Below, piece by piece: positions 30,098-39,102 of a stretch of DNA of 64,000 nucleotides. Under the pieces are notes generated by a model, which was not told the origin of the DNA, did not search any database, and saw only the letters and a list, made by a program, of their open reading frames with translations. The DNA is from Acidobacteriota bacterium (GTDB lineage Bacteria > Acidobacteriota > UBA6911 > RPQK01 > JAJDTT01). A program made the position numbers and the translations under genes. The stretch lies in contig OZ253580.1 in assembly GCA_965263035.1 (NCBI GenBank), positions 1,920,001 through 1,984,000 on the forward strand, in the 5' to 3' direction. The number at the start of each line of letters is the position of its first letter. Position 1 is the stretch's first letter.

Positions 30098-30322
30098 TCA
30101 TCGATTGTGCCGGTTGTGCACGCGGTCGTATAGGGTTGTGAATGAGGACTCTGCCGTCGCTTCCATGCGCACCTCCTCCACGAGTCGACGAAGCGCTGGG
30201 CTCAACTCGGCGCCGGCGGGAATATCAAGTCGGCCCTCAACGAGGGCATTCTCCAAAGATCTCGAGGTAGTCAACGACTCTTGCATCTTCATGGCTGCGC
30301 TCCATGCATTTTTTGATGTCAT
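30098..30322 (-). CDS. yhhA: Triceptide RiPP precursor, YhhA-like
   Basis: Leader SPALRRLVEEVR and core ..LYDRVHNRHNR* (YxRxHxRHxR); lies 10 bp upstream of the rSAM gene. Confidence 0.9.
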   Translation of the reverse strand: MTSKNAWSAAMKMQESLTTSRSLENALVEGRLDIPAGAELSPALRRLVEEVRMEATAESSFTTLYDRVHNRHNR

Positions 30323-30461
30323 ATGTTGGACAAGCTTCTACTCTACCACCAAATCAACCGATGATCCATCATGACCGCCCGTAAATCATTGAAAAAAAAG
30401 ATCGATTATCTATAAAGTGTGTCCTAAGTTACTTACAATAAACGATTGCTATTTTCCATTA

Positions 30462-31214
30462 TCACTTTTCTACGTCGATGGCACTCAGATAGACGCGGGC
30501 CATGGCACTGTAAGGGGCTTCGCATCGTGCGAACGAGTCCACCGTGCAGCGCACGTTGTGACTGAGAGTTTCACACGTGTTTGGGTCTCGCACGACGGCG
30601 CACAGACACTCCAAGATACTAAGTGTGCGCTGCCGCTGCTCCTGCAATATTGGCCGATTCAACTTGAGCAAGGTAACGGTCACGCGACCCCTTTCCGTTC
30701 TCGGCTGGCAGGCGGACCCGAAGAAAGTGATATGTTCGCCCGAATCCGTATCGACATAGGGATTCAAGAGCAATGGCGACTCCCTGTTGAGAGGCGCAAG
30801 GTGATTTCGGGCTCGTTGTTCCGGATCCTTGAGCGGAAAGTAATCGGATTTCATCCGGTTGCAATCTTCGCACGCAAAAACGAGGTTGTCCCACCGGTAA
30901 GCCAGCCAATAGTAGCCTGGATAGATCTTATCGCCCGCCTTGTGCTGGCGAACCCTGCCCTTCGGGCGGAAATGATCGATCCGGCCTGGAGAAGTCTTCG
31001 ACTCGCAGTAGCAGCACTTATTGTGCTGGAGTCTATTGAGAACTTCTCTGACTTGGGGGGATCCGTAGATGTGATTGGAAAACGTAAATTTCAGTTCGCC
31101 AGAATCATACGCAGCCGGATCCTCAACGTACGCCTCGCAGTTTTGTTGGGTCTTGGCATTTCCGCGATTCAGAAGTACCCGAGGAGTTTCGTTCGGCTTG
31201 TCCCGACGAATCAC
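30462..31214 (-). CDS. HNH endonuclease (PtuB/retron-effector-like)
   Basis: HNKCCYCE, IDHFRPK, YYWLAYRWDNLVFACEDCN, KSDYFP and LLLNPY; overlaps the ATPase stop. Confidence 0.88.
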   Translation of the reverse strand: MIRRDKPNETPRVLLNRGNAKTQQNCEAYVEDPAAYDSGELKFTFSNHIYGSPQVREVLNRLQHNKCCYCESKTSPGRIDHFRPKGRVRQHKAGDKIYPGYYWLAYRWDNLVFACEDCNRMKSDYFPLKDPEQRARNHLAPLNRESPLLLNPYVDTDSGEHITFFGSACQPRTERGRVTVTLLKLNRPILQEQRQRTLSILECLCAVVRDPNTCETLSHNVRCTVDSFARCEAPYSAMARVYLSAIDVEK

Positions 31215-32557
31215 TTCCGGTCCACTTGCCTCGCCCGAATGCCCGCCGCCGCCTGCCGAATGATTTTCATTGCTTCTAGGTCCTCGGGACGCTCCATCAT
31301 AGGCAGTGAAGACACCTCGGCGGCAATATCCCGCAGGCGTGCGCTTTCTTGCGGGGTAATGGAATTCTCCTCAAGCAGCTTCTCCCTTTCCTTCATGAGA
31401 GCCTCGACTCGTAGCGATCGCGCGGTCTCCAGGCCGAAGAGACTGACCAGAATCTGGTCAAAGCGCCACCCCTCGACGACCTCTGGTTCGTTTTCGATGA
31501 CAACGTGAGCGCCAGCCTCCGTCTGTCTGAGCACAGCTACATTTACATCGCTCATGGAGGTGATCATCAGCGGACTATGAGTAGTCGCTACGAACTGAAC
31601 GTTCGTGAAGTGATCAGAGAGCTGCTTCATGATTGTGCGCTGCCAGCGTGGATGAACGTGCAGGTCGATCTCATCAATCAACACCACGGCCGGCTCCTCA
31701 AGCGGCTTCGCGCTTTCTGGGTACCGCTTGACGAGTCTCCAGGCCAAATCAACGATCCACGCGGTGACCGTGCGGTGGCCGAGACTCAGGCCACCCAGCG
31801 GGACATCCCCGTACCGGGTTCGAAATCTGAGCCTACCGCCATGTTCCTGCGGGTCCCGGATATCGATGTCGCTGGCTGCATCGATGAAAGGAAGAATATC
31901 GACCAACGCGCATTTCATACTATCCAGACGGGCTTTCGACTTCGCGTTGCCCTTATGAGCCGAGTAGTCGAGCTGTGACAACACATCGGCGGCATCGATA
32001 AGCTCTATGCTGTCTGTCTGAAGTAGGTCAACCGGTTCCGCCTTAGACAACTTGGCGGCATTCTGATTCCCCATATGCCGATTTGCCGGATAGGGAATGA
32101 CGAACGGGTCTACCGTCTTCTCGGGCTCGTTTACGGTTCGCCGTACGTCTTCGAGCTTGTTGTTTTTTGCGTCCAGCGTGATTCCGGTTTTTACCCGCGC
32201 GGTCGACGATCGGAGTGACTCTAAAGTAGGGCTTTCGACCATCTCCGCTTGCAGTGCAGTGCGGCTGGCACCGTCACGGAACAACCTCTCCATGTCGGGA
32301 GTATCCCGATCGTACAGACATGGTTGGATACCTGTCGGCCCACCCGCGGGTTGATAGTATGGCACCGGACGCATCCATGATAGACATTGCAGGAGGGTCG
32401 TTTTGCCAACCCCGTTGTCGCCCACAAGCAAGGTCCAACGGGCTGGGCGATTGTTCGAGGCGGCAAGGTCCAGCACCTGCTTTTCCGCAAAGCAACGCAC
32501 GTTCTCGATCTCGAGACTGAGGAAGTAGATCGCTTTCCGGCAGCATTTGGCTGACAT
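31211..32557 (-). CDS. ABC/AAA ATPase (PtuA-like)
   Basis: IENVRCF, Walker A GDNGVGKT, LSLG, VLIDEIDLHVHPRWQ and QFVATTHSP. Start set to ATG 32557. Confidence 0.9.
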   Translation of the reverse strand: MSAKCCRKAIYFLSLEIENVRCFAEKQVLDLAASNNRPARWTLLVGDNGVGKTTLLQCLSWMRPVPYYQPAGGPTGIQPCLYDRDTPDMERLFRDGASRTALQAEMVESPTLESLRSSTARVKTGITLDAKNNKLEDVRRTVNEPEKTVDPFVIPYPANRHMGNQNAAKLSKAEPVDLLQTDSIELIDAADVLSQLDYSAHKGNAKSKARLDSMKCALVDILPFIDAASDIDIRDPQEHGGRLRFRTRYGDVPLGGLSLGHRTVTAWIVDLAWRLVKRYPESAKPLEEPAVVLIDEIDLHVHPRWQRTIMKQLSDHFTNVQFVATTHSPLMITSMSDVNVAVLRQTEAGAHVVIENEPEVVEGWRFDQILVSLFGLETARSLRVEALMKEREKLLEENSITPQESARLRDIAAEVSSLPMMERPEDLEAMKIIRQAAAGIRARQVDRK

Positions 32558-32778
32558 TCGAATCTCTAGATGATCGGTGAATATACACCGAGGACGGTCC
32601 ACGCCGCCAAGTGTGTCGCATTTTACCGCAGGTCGACACACCGCCCGGCACATTCCGCTCGGAAAGTGATCGCGGTCATCCGATACTAGGAAGTAACCCC
32701 CACCCCAGCAGGGCTAAGAAATAAGGAAGCGATGAGGCTGATATTTTCTCCAAGCGAGCAAGGAGAAGATATCCGATC

Positions 32779-32840
32779 GGCAAGAGAAAGCGTTACAGTC
32801 CGAAGTTCAAGTTTCAGGTGGTTCTGGAGATTCTGCGTCA
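32779..32840 (+). pseudogene. Short remnant of an IS3-family OrfA N-terminus
   Basis: Translates as GKRKRYSPKFKFQVVLEILR, with no continuation. Confidence 0.5.
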
Positions 32841-33399
32841 CCCGGACCTTCCAGGGGCACTCCCTCACATTCTCGAAGTGGAAGATGACGGAAGAGGGAG
32901 AAGGGGACAGTTACCTTCTCTACTCGCGCTCGAATCCTGTTCCTGCACTTGGACCAGCTTTTCGATCCCACGTAACTCGGGTGCGCTACTCAAGCCTCCC
33001 TACCAAGCTAGCCACGTCACGGTAGTCCACAGACTCCCATCCAGGCCGAGAGAACAACCCTGGGCCCGATTTTTTCGGGAGAAGGGGACAGTTATCTTCT
33101 CTCTTCCTCGTCCGATGACTGGAAGCCTGAAAACGCCCGGAAAGACACGCTGTCACCAGAGCCGGACTTGGCCGGCCCTCTTCTCGGCCCGTTCCCGCTA
33201 GCGCGCTTGGCTCCTCACATACGCGAGGAACGCATGGGACCGATCGGCTGGTCGATCCGTGAGAATGCCATAGCGGCGACCGTATACCGTCCGCGCCGCC
33301 CGCAGTGGCTGATGAAGACGGCAGATGTTGTACTCGACGGCGCATGGTACGGGTATGGACACCGGTTGAGCCGTCTCCTGGAATCGTAAAAAATGGGCC

Positions 33400-33903
33400 A
33401 TGATGACCGACTACCTCATCCGGCCTGAGACGGACGGCGACCGGGAGGGAATCACAGGGCTTCTGCTCGCGGCTTTCCCCACTTCCTCCGAAGCCCGCCT
33501 CGTGCAGCGACTCCGCAAGGACGGCGATGTCGTGTTCTCGCTGGTCGCCGTGGAGGCTTCGGATGTCATCGGCCATGCCCTTTTCTCAAGACTGCGCGCA
33601 CCGGACGCGGCGCTCTCCCTGGCGCCGGCCGCAGTCGCGGCAAACCGCCGCCGCCGGGGGATTGCCGCCGCAATGATCGAGGCTGGACTTGAACGGGCAA
33701 GGGCGGAGTGCTGGGCGGCAGGCGTCGTGCTTGGCGATCCGTCCTATTACCGGCGCTTCGGTTTTAGCCGGAAGGCTGTGCGGGGCATGTCATGCCGATA
33801 TGCCGGGCCGGGTCTGATGGGCCTCGCCCTCTCCGGGGACGGCCTGGACGGACCGCGTATCGAACATGCGTCCGCCTTCTCATCGATCCGGGATTCCAAC
33901 TGA
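33400..33903 (+). CDS. GNAT family N-acetyltransferase (YhbS-like)
   Basis: IRPET, EARLVQRLR, VIGHALFS and VVLGDPSYYRRFGF. Confidence 0.88.
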   Translation: MMTDYLIRPETDGDREGITGLLLAAFPTSSEARLVQRLRKDGDVVFSLVAVEASDVIGHALFSRLRAPDAALSLAPAAVAANRRRRGIAAAMIEAGLERARAECWAAGVVLGDPSYYRRFGFSRKAVRGMSCRYAGPGLMGLALSGDGLDGPRIEHASAFSSIRDSN

Positions 33904-34025
33904 GACACTGCCCTCGGGTGAGAATGCCGACCGCGTACCGCAACCCGGAATTTGCGGTGGATCTTGCCCATCCGCCCCAGAGCGGTAGAGTCCTCGTCAA
34001 GTTGACTCCAAGTCTGTCAAATCCC

Positions 34026-34149
34026 TCAGTCAATTTCGAACGTTACTGAAGTGCGGACGGAGTTGGCGATGAAGCACTCTTTGTGTGCAAGTTCGTGGAT
34101 CTTCTCCAACCCTTCCGGAGATGGAGGCAGGGATCCAAAGGAGACCTTG
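34026..34149 (-). pseudogene. 3' fragment of an OsmC-family gene
   Basis: Homologous to 40930-41053; similarity stops just before the hairpin repeat at 34158. Confidence 0.8.
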
Positions 34150-34183
34150 AGAAGCGGGAGAAGGGGACAGTCACCTTCTCCAG

Positions 34184-34552
34184 GAGGCTGTCCGAGAACA
34201 GAACTGTCACCGACGCTCCCAAATCTCGGGGGATCTGATCATCAGGAGAGTGTCGGATGCCCCCCGGGTTCAAGGCCTACCCGCAAGATTACTATCAGAG
34301 TCAGCAGTTTCCGGCCGACGTATTCGACTTGTTGCCGGAGGATCACAAGTGTTTCCTCTACCGGGATCTGTTCCGGCAGCTGGACACGACGGAAGTGGAC
34401 GCCCAGTACAGCTCCCAGGGTCAGCGGGCCTACGCGCCCCGGCAGATCGGCTCGATATTGATCTACGCTTACAGCCACGGGGTGTTCAGTTCCCGACAGA
34501 TCGAGCGGCGTTGCCGGGAGGATCTGGGGTTCCCGTACATCGCGGGTAAGAA
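34184..34552 (+). mobile_element. Truncated IS1182-family element (left end plus transposase N-terminus)
   Basis: GAGGCTGTCC end; ORF from 34257 LLPEDH..AYAPRQ..LIYAYSHGVFSSRQIERRCREDLGF, cut at the repeat at 34556. Confidence 0.8.
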
Positions 34553-34621
34553 CGGGAGAGGGGGACAGTTACCTTCTCTACGCCGTCCCCACTTGCTCCA
34601 TAGCCGATCCTGGGGACTCTG

Positions 34622-34972
34622 CTGCTGGCCTCCATCGAGACCACCCACGTCATCGGTCTTCGCGACCGGGCCGTCCTGGGGACCCTGATCTACACGGGCG
34701 GCCGCGTCGGAGCCATCACCCGGCTGCGGATCCAGGATCTGCGCGACCAGGGCAACCAGCGCTCGCTTCTGTTTGCCGAGAAGAACGGCAAAGCCCGGGA
34801 GACCCCCGTGCGCCATGATCTGGACCGATGGCTCACGGCCTACATCGAAGGGGCCGGGCTCAGCGCCGCGCCCAAGGGGTCGGTGAAGTTTCGGGCCGGA
34901 CTGCGGCGCTGCAGCTCCCTCACCGATCGGCCGATGTCTCCCCATCCCGTTCTTCACGCTGCCGATCCATAA
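34622..34972 (+). pseudogene. Tyrosine recombinase internal fragment
   Basis: Manual translation: LLASIETTHVIGLRDRAVLGTLIYTGGRVGAITRL..EKNGKARETPVRHDL..AYIEGAGL. It has the catalytic Arg region but no HxxR or Tyr. Confidence 0.8.
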
Positions 34973-35009
34973 CTTCTGATTATATCTCGGGCTCCATCCC
35001 GGAGTTCAT

Positions 35010-36677
35010 CTACTCATCTTCGTCTGAAGCGTCGCTATCAGCAATGGTCGCTGCCGTCCGCTCCGTCGGCAGCTTTACGTTCTGTGCTCTCATAAATGTC
35101 CGCTCACCATCTATTAGGGTCTCCAGCCGATCTCGGATTAGACCCGCTCGGTCGCCGTTTCGTAACAAATGGACTGCTTCCGCTGGGAAGCCGTGTCTCG
35201 GTAGTAGCTCCATCAGAACGTCGTCACTCAAGTCAGCCAGGGCGCCGAACGCTTGACCAACGTGGCCACTGTCGAGGAACATGCGATTCGCGGGGCTACT
35301 AAAAAGTTCCCCGATTATCCGCGAGCTGGAAAACACATATCCCACAGCCTTAGTTCCTAAGGTAGAAAGCAGCTGACCCGGATCGAGGTTGCCCTCACCA
35401 CTAAGCGCACGAGGCTGAAGCGACGCAAGGTAGAGCAAAAAGGCACGTACGCGGGCGCTTCGACCATCGAAGCGATCGGGAAACGGCCGAGCCGGTGCGT
35501 CGAAGTCTACAACTCTGAACCCAGTCCCCTTGCCCCTAGCAAGGTTTCGGATCTCGCTCAACGCTTGAGTAGCTTGCGCAGTGTTGACTCCTCCAAACCA
35601 GCCGGTGAATGACGTCACCCAGAACCAGCGGTTCAGCAACTTGACCACTTCGGCGGACGGCGTTGGGCACCACCGGAAAAACTCACCGAGCAGCACAAGC
35701 TGGAGCCCATAGGGCAGCAATCGATCGGATGTAACGCCCAGGTCCTTGAGAAAGATCAGCGCACCTCTGATTCCTTTCGCCGCGATGTCGAAGGCTTCTG
35801 GAAGCTTCGTCCGGACCTCCGGCTTGACCATGAGGTCCGCCCAGTCTTTCGCGTAGATATCTCGGTCGAGGGCTGCAAGCACCGACCTGAGAAGGAGGAC
35901 ACGATCGAGATTGCCAAACCCCTTTCTGTCGAGCTCTTCCTTGAACTCGTCCAGCTTCTCGGCAAGATGGAACTCCCCTTCTCGGTAGGTCAGCGCGGAG
36001 ACCATCTCGTCGGCCGTCATCTTGCGCCCCTTGCGGTTGAGTCGGGCGAAGACTGTGACGGCACTGTCGAGGTCCGCCTCGCGGATATGAATAAGCGGGA
36101 GCTGATAGTCTCGAAACGCGTTCGCGAGGCGATCTGCTTCGTTGATCCAGCGTAGTATCCGCATGTCGGAAACTCCCGATTCGATGATGCGGCGGCACGC
36201 GGTAAAGAATCCGGCGGTGTTGAGCAGGCTCCCCACCGGGAAATGCTGTGGCTCGACCCCACCCGTGGGTGATCGGAGGAACTCCTGGTTTTCGAGGTCG
36301 CAGTACACGCGCCAGTCAACTTGATCCACGATCGATTCCGCCTTTTCAGGTAACCGCAGCGTGCCTACGAGGGTCGACACGCGCTGCTGACCGTCGAGCA
36401 GGTAGCCAACGAGCCCATCCGGGCGAGGACTGATGTCGATCGGCCCGACGCGCTGGTTGGTCTCGATAGTTTCCTCTGTGTCCCAGACGAGGATAGAGCC
36501 GATCGGAAAACCGCGCAAAACGCTGTCGAGCAACGCGTGCAGGTCTGGTTGCTTCCACACGAAAGCACGTTGGAACCTCGGCACGCGGATTTTTCCAGCC
36601 GCTATGCGTTCCACGAGTTTGCCCAGAAAAACAACTTCTGGGACGACCTCTGTGCGAGCCTGCCTACCGTTGGACAT
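35010..36677 (-). CDS. DUF262 (GmrS/ParB-like) domain protein
   Basis: VPRFQRAFVW, LLDSVLRGFPIGSILVW, LLDGQQR and VFARLNRKG. Confidence 0.9.
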   Translation of the reverse strand: MSNGRQARTEVVPEVVFLGKLVERIAAGKIRVPRFQRAFVWKQPDLHALLDSVLRGFPIGSILVWDTEETIETNQRVGPIDISPRPDGLVGYLLDGQQRVSTLVGTLRLPEKAESIVDQVDWRVYCDLENQEFLRSPTGGVEPQHFPVGSLLNTAGFFTACRRIIESGVSDMRILRWINEADRLANAFRDYQLPLIHIREADLDSAVTVFARLNRKGRKMTADEMVSALTYREGEFHLAEKLDEFKEELDRKGFGNLDRVLLLRSVLAALDRDIYAKDWADLMVKPEVRTKLPEAFDIAAKGIRGALIFLKDLGVTSDRLLPYGLQLVLLGEFFRWCPTPSAEVVKLLNRWFWVTSFTGWFGGVNTAQATQALSEIRNLARGKGTGFRVVDFDAPARPFPDRFDGRSARVRAFLLYLASLQPRALSGEGNLDPGQLLSTLGTKAVGYVFSSSRIIGELFSSPANRMFLDSGHVGQAFGALADLSDDVLMELLPRHGFPAEAVHLLRNGDRAGLIRDRLETLIDGERTFMRAQNVKLPTERTAATIADSDASDEDE

Positions 36678-36681
36678 GACG

Positions 36682-37644
36682 CTAGACTTCCTTCCGAATC
36701 AGGGAGATGCCACGCTCAAGGTCACCTTGTCCGCGGCTAAGAAGTTCAATCTTGGCCTGCACGTTGCAGAGATTCCAGCACTTGTACACATTCCGTCCAA
36801 ACCCACTAGAGAGGAGCGTTTGGACGGCCGAGCACAGTCCCTGAAACAGTGTCTTCTCAATCGCAGAGGGCGTTTCGGGCAAGCCATGCTTCATGTCGAA
36901 GAAGTTCTTCTGATCGTCGTTGAGACTGTCCCATGCTTCAACCAACCGGCCATGGTCTGCGCCTGCGTTCTCCCGCTCACTGAGGAGGATTCGCGGGAGG
37001 TAGTTCTCGGCCTCCCGTTTGGCCAGAACCCAGCAGGACAGACCCAGCTTCCCGCATACATGACGCAACCTTCGAGCTGTTGCGCTGCTCGTAGCGGCGG
37101 GATCCTTCCTGCCGCTATCGATGATGGCCACCAACCGTGGGCGAAACGGGATCCCCTGCACCCGACGTTTGATCTCCTCCAGCATTTGTCCCTGGCCGCC
37201 CAAGCTGTCAATTCGGATAGGATCTCCATTCTGATTCCACAGGCGAAAAAGGGCTTTGTCGAGCTCCTTCACGACGCGCTTCACGAACGCACCATCACTG
37301 ATCCGATTCTCGACCAGAATCACGAACGGTTCCTCGGCAAGGCGGGTAGCGTTCTCTGGCTCAAGTTCATCCGCAGCAGCTGGATGTGCCGTTACGCGTA
37401 CGCGTCTCCCGTGCGGGGCCAAGGTCCAGGCACTACGCCGGATCGATGCGACGAGTAATTGGCGCACCCAATCGCCTTGGGTTCCACGGTCACCAATCCA
37501 CGTCGTGGCCTGGAAGGCATTGGGATCCAACTGACACGTTGTGTCCCACACGTGCCAGCCATCTTCGATCTTGTACAGAATACGATCCAACCAGCTGTGG
37601 GCATCCGGATCATTCGCTGCGCTGAAGTCGATCTCGATGCGCAT
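36682..37644 (-). CDS. Hypothetical protein with TOPRIM-like (OLD/AriB-like) motifs
   Basis: ILVENRISD, LGGQG, AIIDSG and KREAENYLP; 4-5 bp spacing from both neighbours. Confidence 0.65.
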   Translation of the reverse strand: MRIEIDFSAANDPDAHSWLDRILYKIEDGWHVWDTTCQLDPNAFQATTWIGDRGTQGDWVRQLLVASIRRSAWTLAPHGRRVRVTAHPAAADELEPENATRLAEEPFVILVENRISDGAFVKRVVKELDKALFRLWNQNGDPIRIDSLGGQGQMLEEIKRRVQGIPFRPRLVAIIDSGRKDPAATSSATARRLRHVCGKLGLSCWVLAKREAENYLPRILLSERENAGADHGRLVEAWDSLNDDQKNFFDMKHGLPETPSAIEKTLFQGLCSAVQTLLSSGFGRNVYKCWNLCNVQAKIELLSRGQGDLERGISLIRKEV

Positions 37645-37649
37645 CGAGT

Positions 37650-38882
37650 TTATCCCGCTGGCCGAGCGGCGCGCCGAATGGCCAGGATCTCCTCATAGTC
37701 CTCGATGAAGACGCCATCCGGCCAGCTGTCCAATTCACCACTCTCGCTCATTCTGATTTTCCGCAGAATTGATCCACGCCCTGGCTCCGTGCGAATCCAG
37801 TAAACAATGATATTTTCGGCCGGCAGTCGCCCCTCCGCAATCCAGCGTCTCGCGCGGAGTAGGAACATCTCCGAGTGAGTCTCGACGACCAGAGGCCGGG
37901 CGGGTCCTGCGAGGTTATCGAGCAAAAGCTCCGCGATATCCGCGTGGGCTGCTGGATGGAGCTCAGCCTCCGGATGCTCGATGATGTCGACACCCGGCCC
38001 TGCCTTGCGGGCCGTCAGTGCCGTCACCACGACCGGCAGAACCTGCGAGAGCCCCTGGCCCGATTGCACGAGTCGCACGTTGGCGTCGCGGGCCGGCGCT
38101 CCAACCACTAGTTCAGAGTAGATGCCCTGCGCCACAACATCGATACTCACCCCGAAGGTCCTGCGATACCATTCCCGAACGGATTTCCTCAGCTCATCGT
38201 CCGCCGCCAGCGCCAGGGGCGTATCCTGCCCGTTCGGCCCAAGAACCCTAGGCGAGTGTTCTACCCTGGTGAACGGCGACGCGAGAAGGCTACGTGGGCA
38301 CTGCAAATAGCGAACGCCGCGGGCCCAAGCTCTGAGGGCATCGACTTGCGCACCGGCCCAGTTCGCAAGATTGTCCGGATGGCCGGGGATCAGCCCTCGC
38401 CAACCGATCTGCCGCGGGGCCTGCTCTGCTCCCGAGACACAAACTTGGTAGGGGGATCGTTCGTCGAACCCTTGCCGTTGCACCACGATCTCATCGCCGC
38501 CTCTCCTGAGGCTCCAGTGCGAAATCTGGCGCTCGGATGGCCGGGCCGGCGCTACCACATTCCGAACGGTGGCCGAGAACGATAACTCGCTGCTCCCGTC
38601 CGCCAGGCCGGCGGACAATCTCAGCCGACCATGCACGGTGCGCCCGGTCACTAAGTCCTCGAACGTCTCCCCGTGGCGGATTCCACCAGACTCCAGCGGA
38701 AGCGGCTCCGAGGTGTCCTCCCCTAAAGGGGCCAAGCCGCCCGCTAACAACTGAATCACCTGAGCCAGAGCCGTTTTACCCGAATTATTGGATCCCACCA
38801 GGATGGTCAGAGGAGCGAGTTCCACCTTGGCCAACTCAGCGTAGCCCTTATAACGTTCGACACTGAACTCTCGGAGTTCCAT
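37650..38882 (-). CDS. ABC/AAA ATPase with DUF3696-like C-terminus
   Basis: ATG 38882; GSNNSGKT, GQGLSQVLP, IIEHPEAELHP, VETHSE and WPDGVF. Confidence 0.9.
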   Translation of the reverse strand: MELREFSVERYKGYAELAKVELAPLTILVGSNNSGKTALAQVIQLLAGGLAPLGEDTSEPLPLESGGIRHGETFEDLVTGRTVHGRLRLSAGLADGSSELSFSATVRNVVAPARPSERQISHWSLRRGGDEIVVQRQGFDERSPYQVCVSGAEQAPRQIGWRGLIPGHPDNLANWAGAQVDALRAWARGVRYLQCPRSLLASPFTRVEHSPRVLGPNGQDTPLALAADDELRKSVREWYRRTFGVSIDVVAQGIYSELVVGAPARDANVRLVQSGQGLSQVLPVVVTALTARKAGPGVDIIEHPEAELHPAAHADIAELLLDNLAGPARPLVVETHSEMFLLRARRWIAEGRLPAENIIVYWIRTEPGRGSILRKIRMSESGELDSWPDGVFIEDYEEILAIRRAARPAG

Positions 38883-39102
38883 TGCCGAATTACCATAGCA
38901 ACTCGTGGCAGAAGGGGCCAACTGTAAGGTGTCGGCTGTCGCCGCGTTTGTCACGCAGAACGGAAGAGGGAGAAGGGGACAGTTACCTTCTCTACTCGCG
39001 CTCGAATCCTGTTCCTGCACTTGGACCAGCTTTTCGATCCCACGTAACTCGGGTGCGCTACTCAAGCCTCCCTACCAAGCTAGCCACGTCACGGTAGTCC
39101 AC

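Larger units (their letters stand above)
32888..34149 (+). repeat. ~1.26 kb duplicated block, copy 1 (repeat, DUF983 3' remnant, repeat, GNAT, OsmC 3' fragment)
   Basis: 32888-33030 matches 38960-39102, and 33091-34149 matches 39995-41053. Confidence 0.92.

Noticed and set aside
30462-32557. Retron
   Set aside because: No reverse transcriptase ORF or recognisable msr-msd in the window.
33168-33389. Small ORF upstream of the duplicated GNAT (also 39799..40293)
   Set aside because: It may be a gene remnant, but it has no recognisable family and no clear start.
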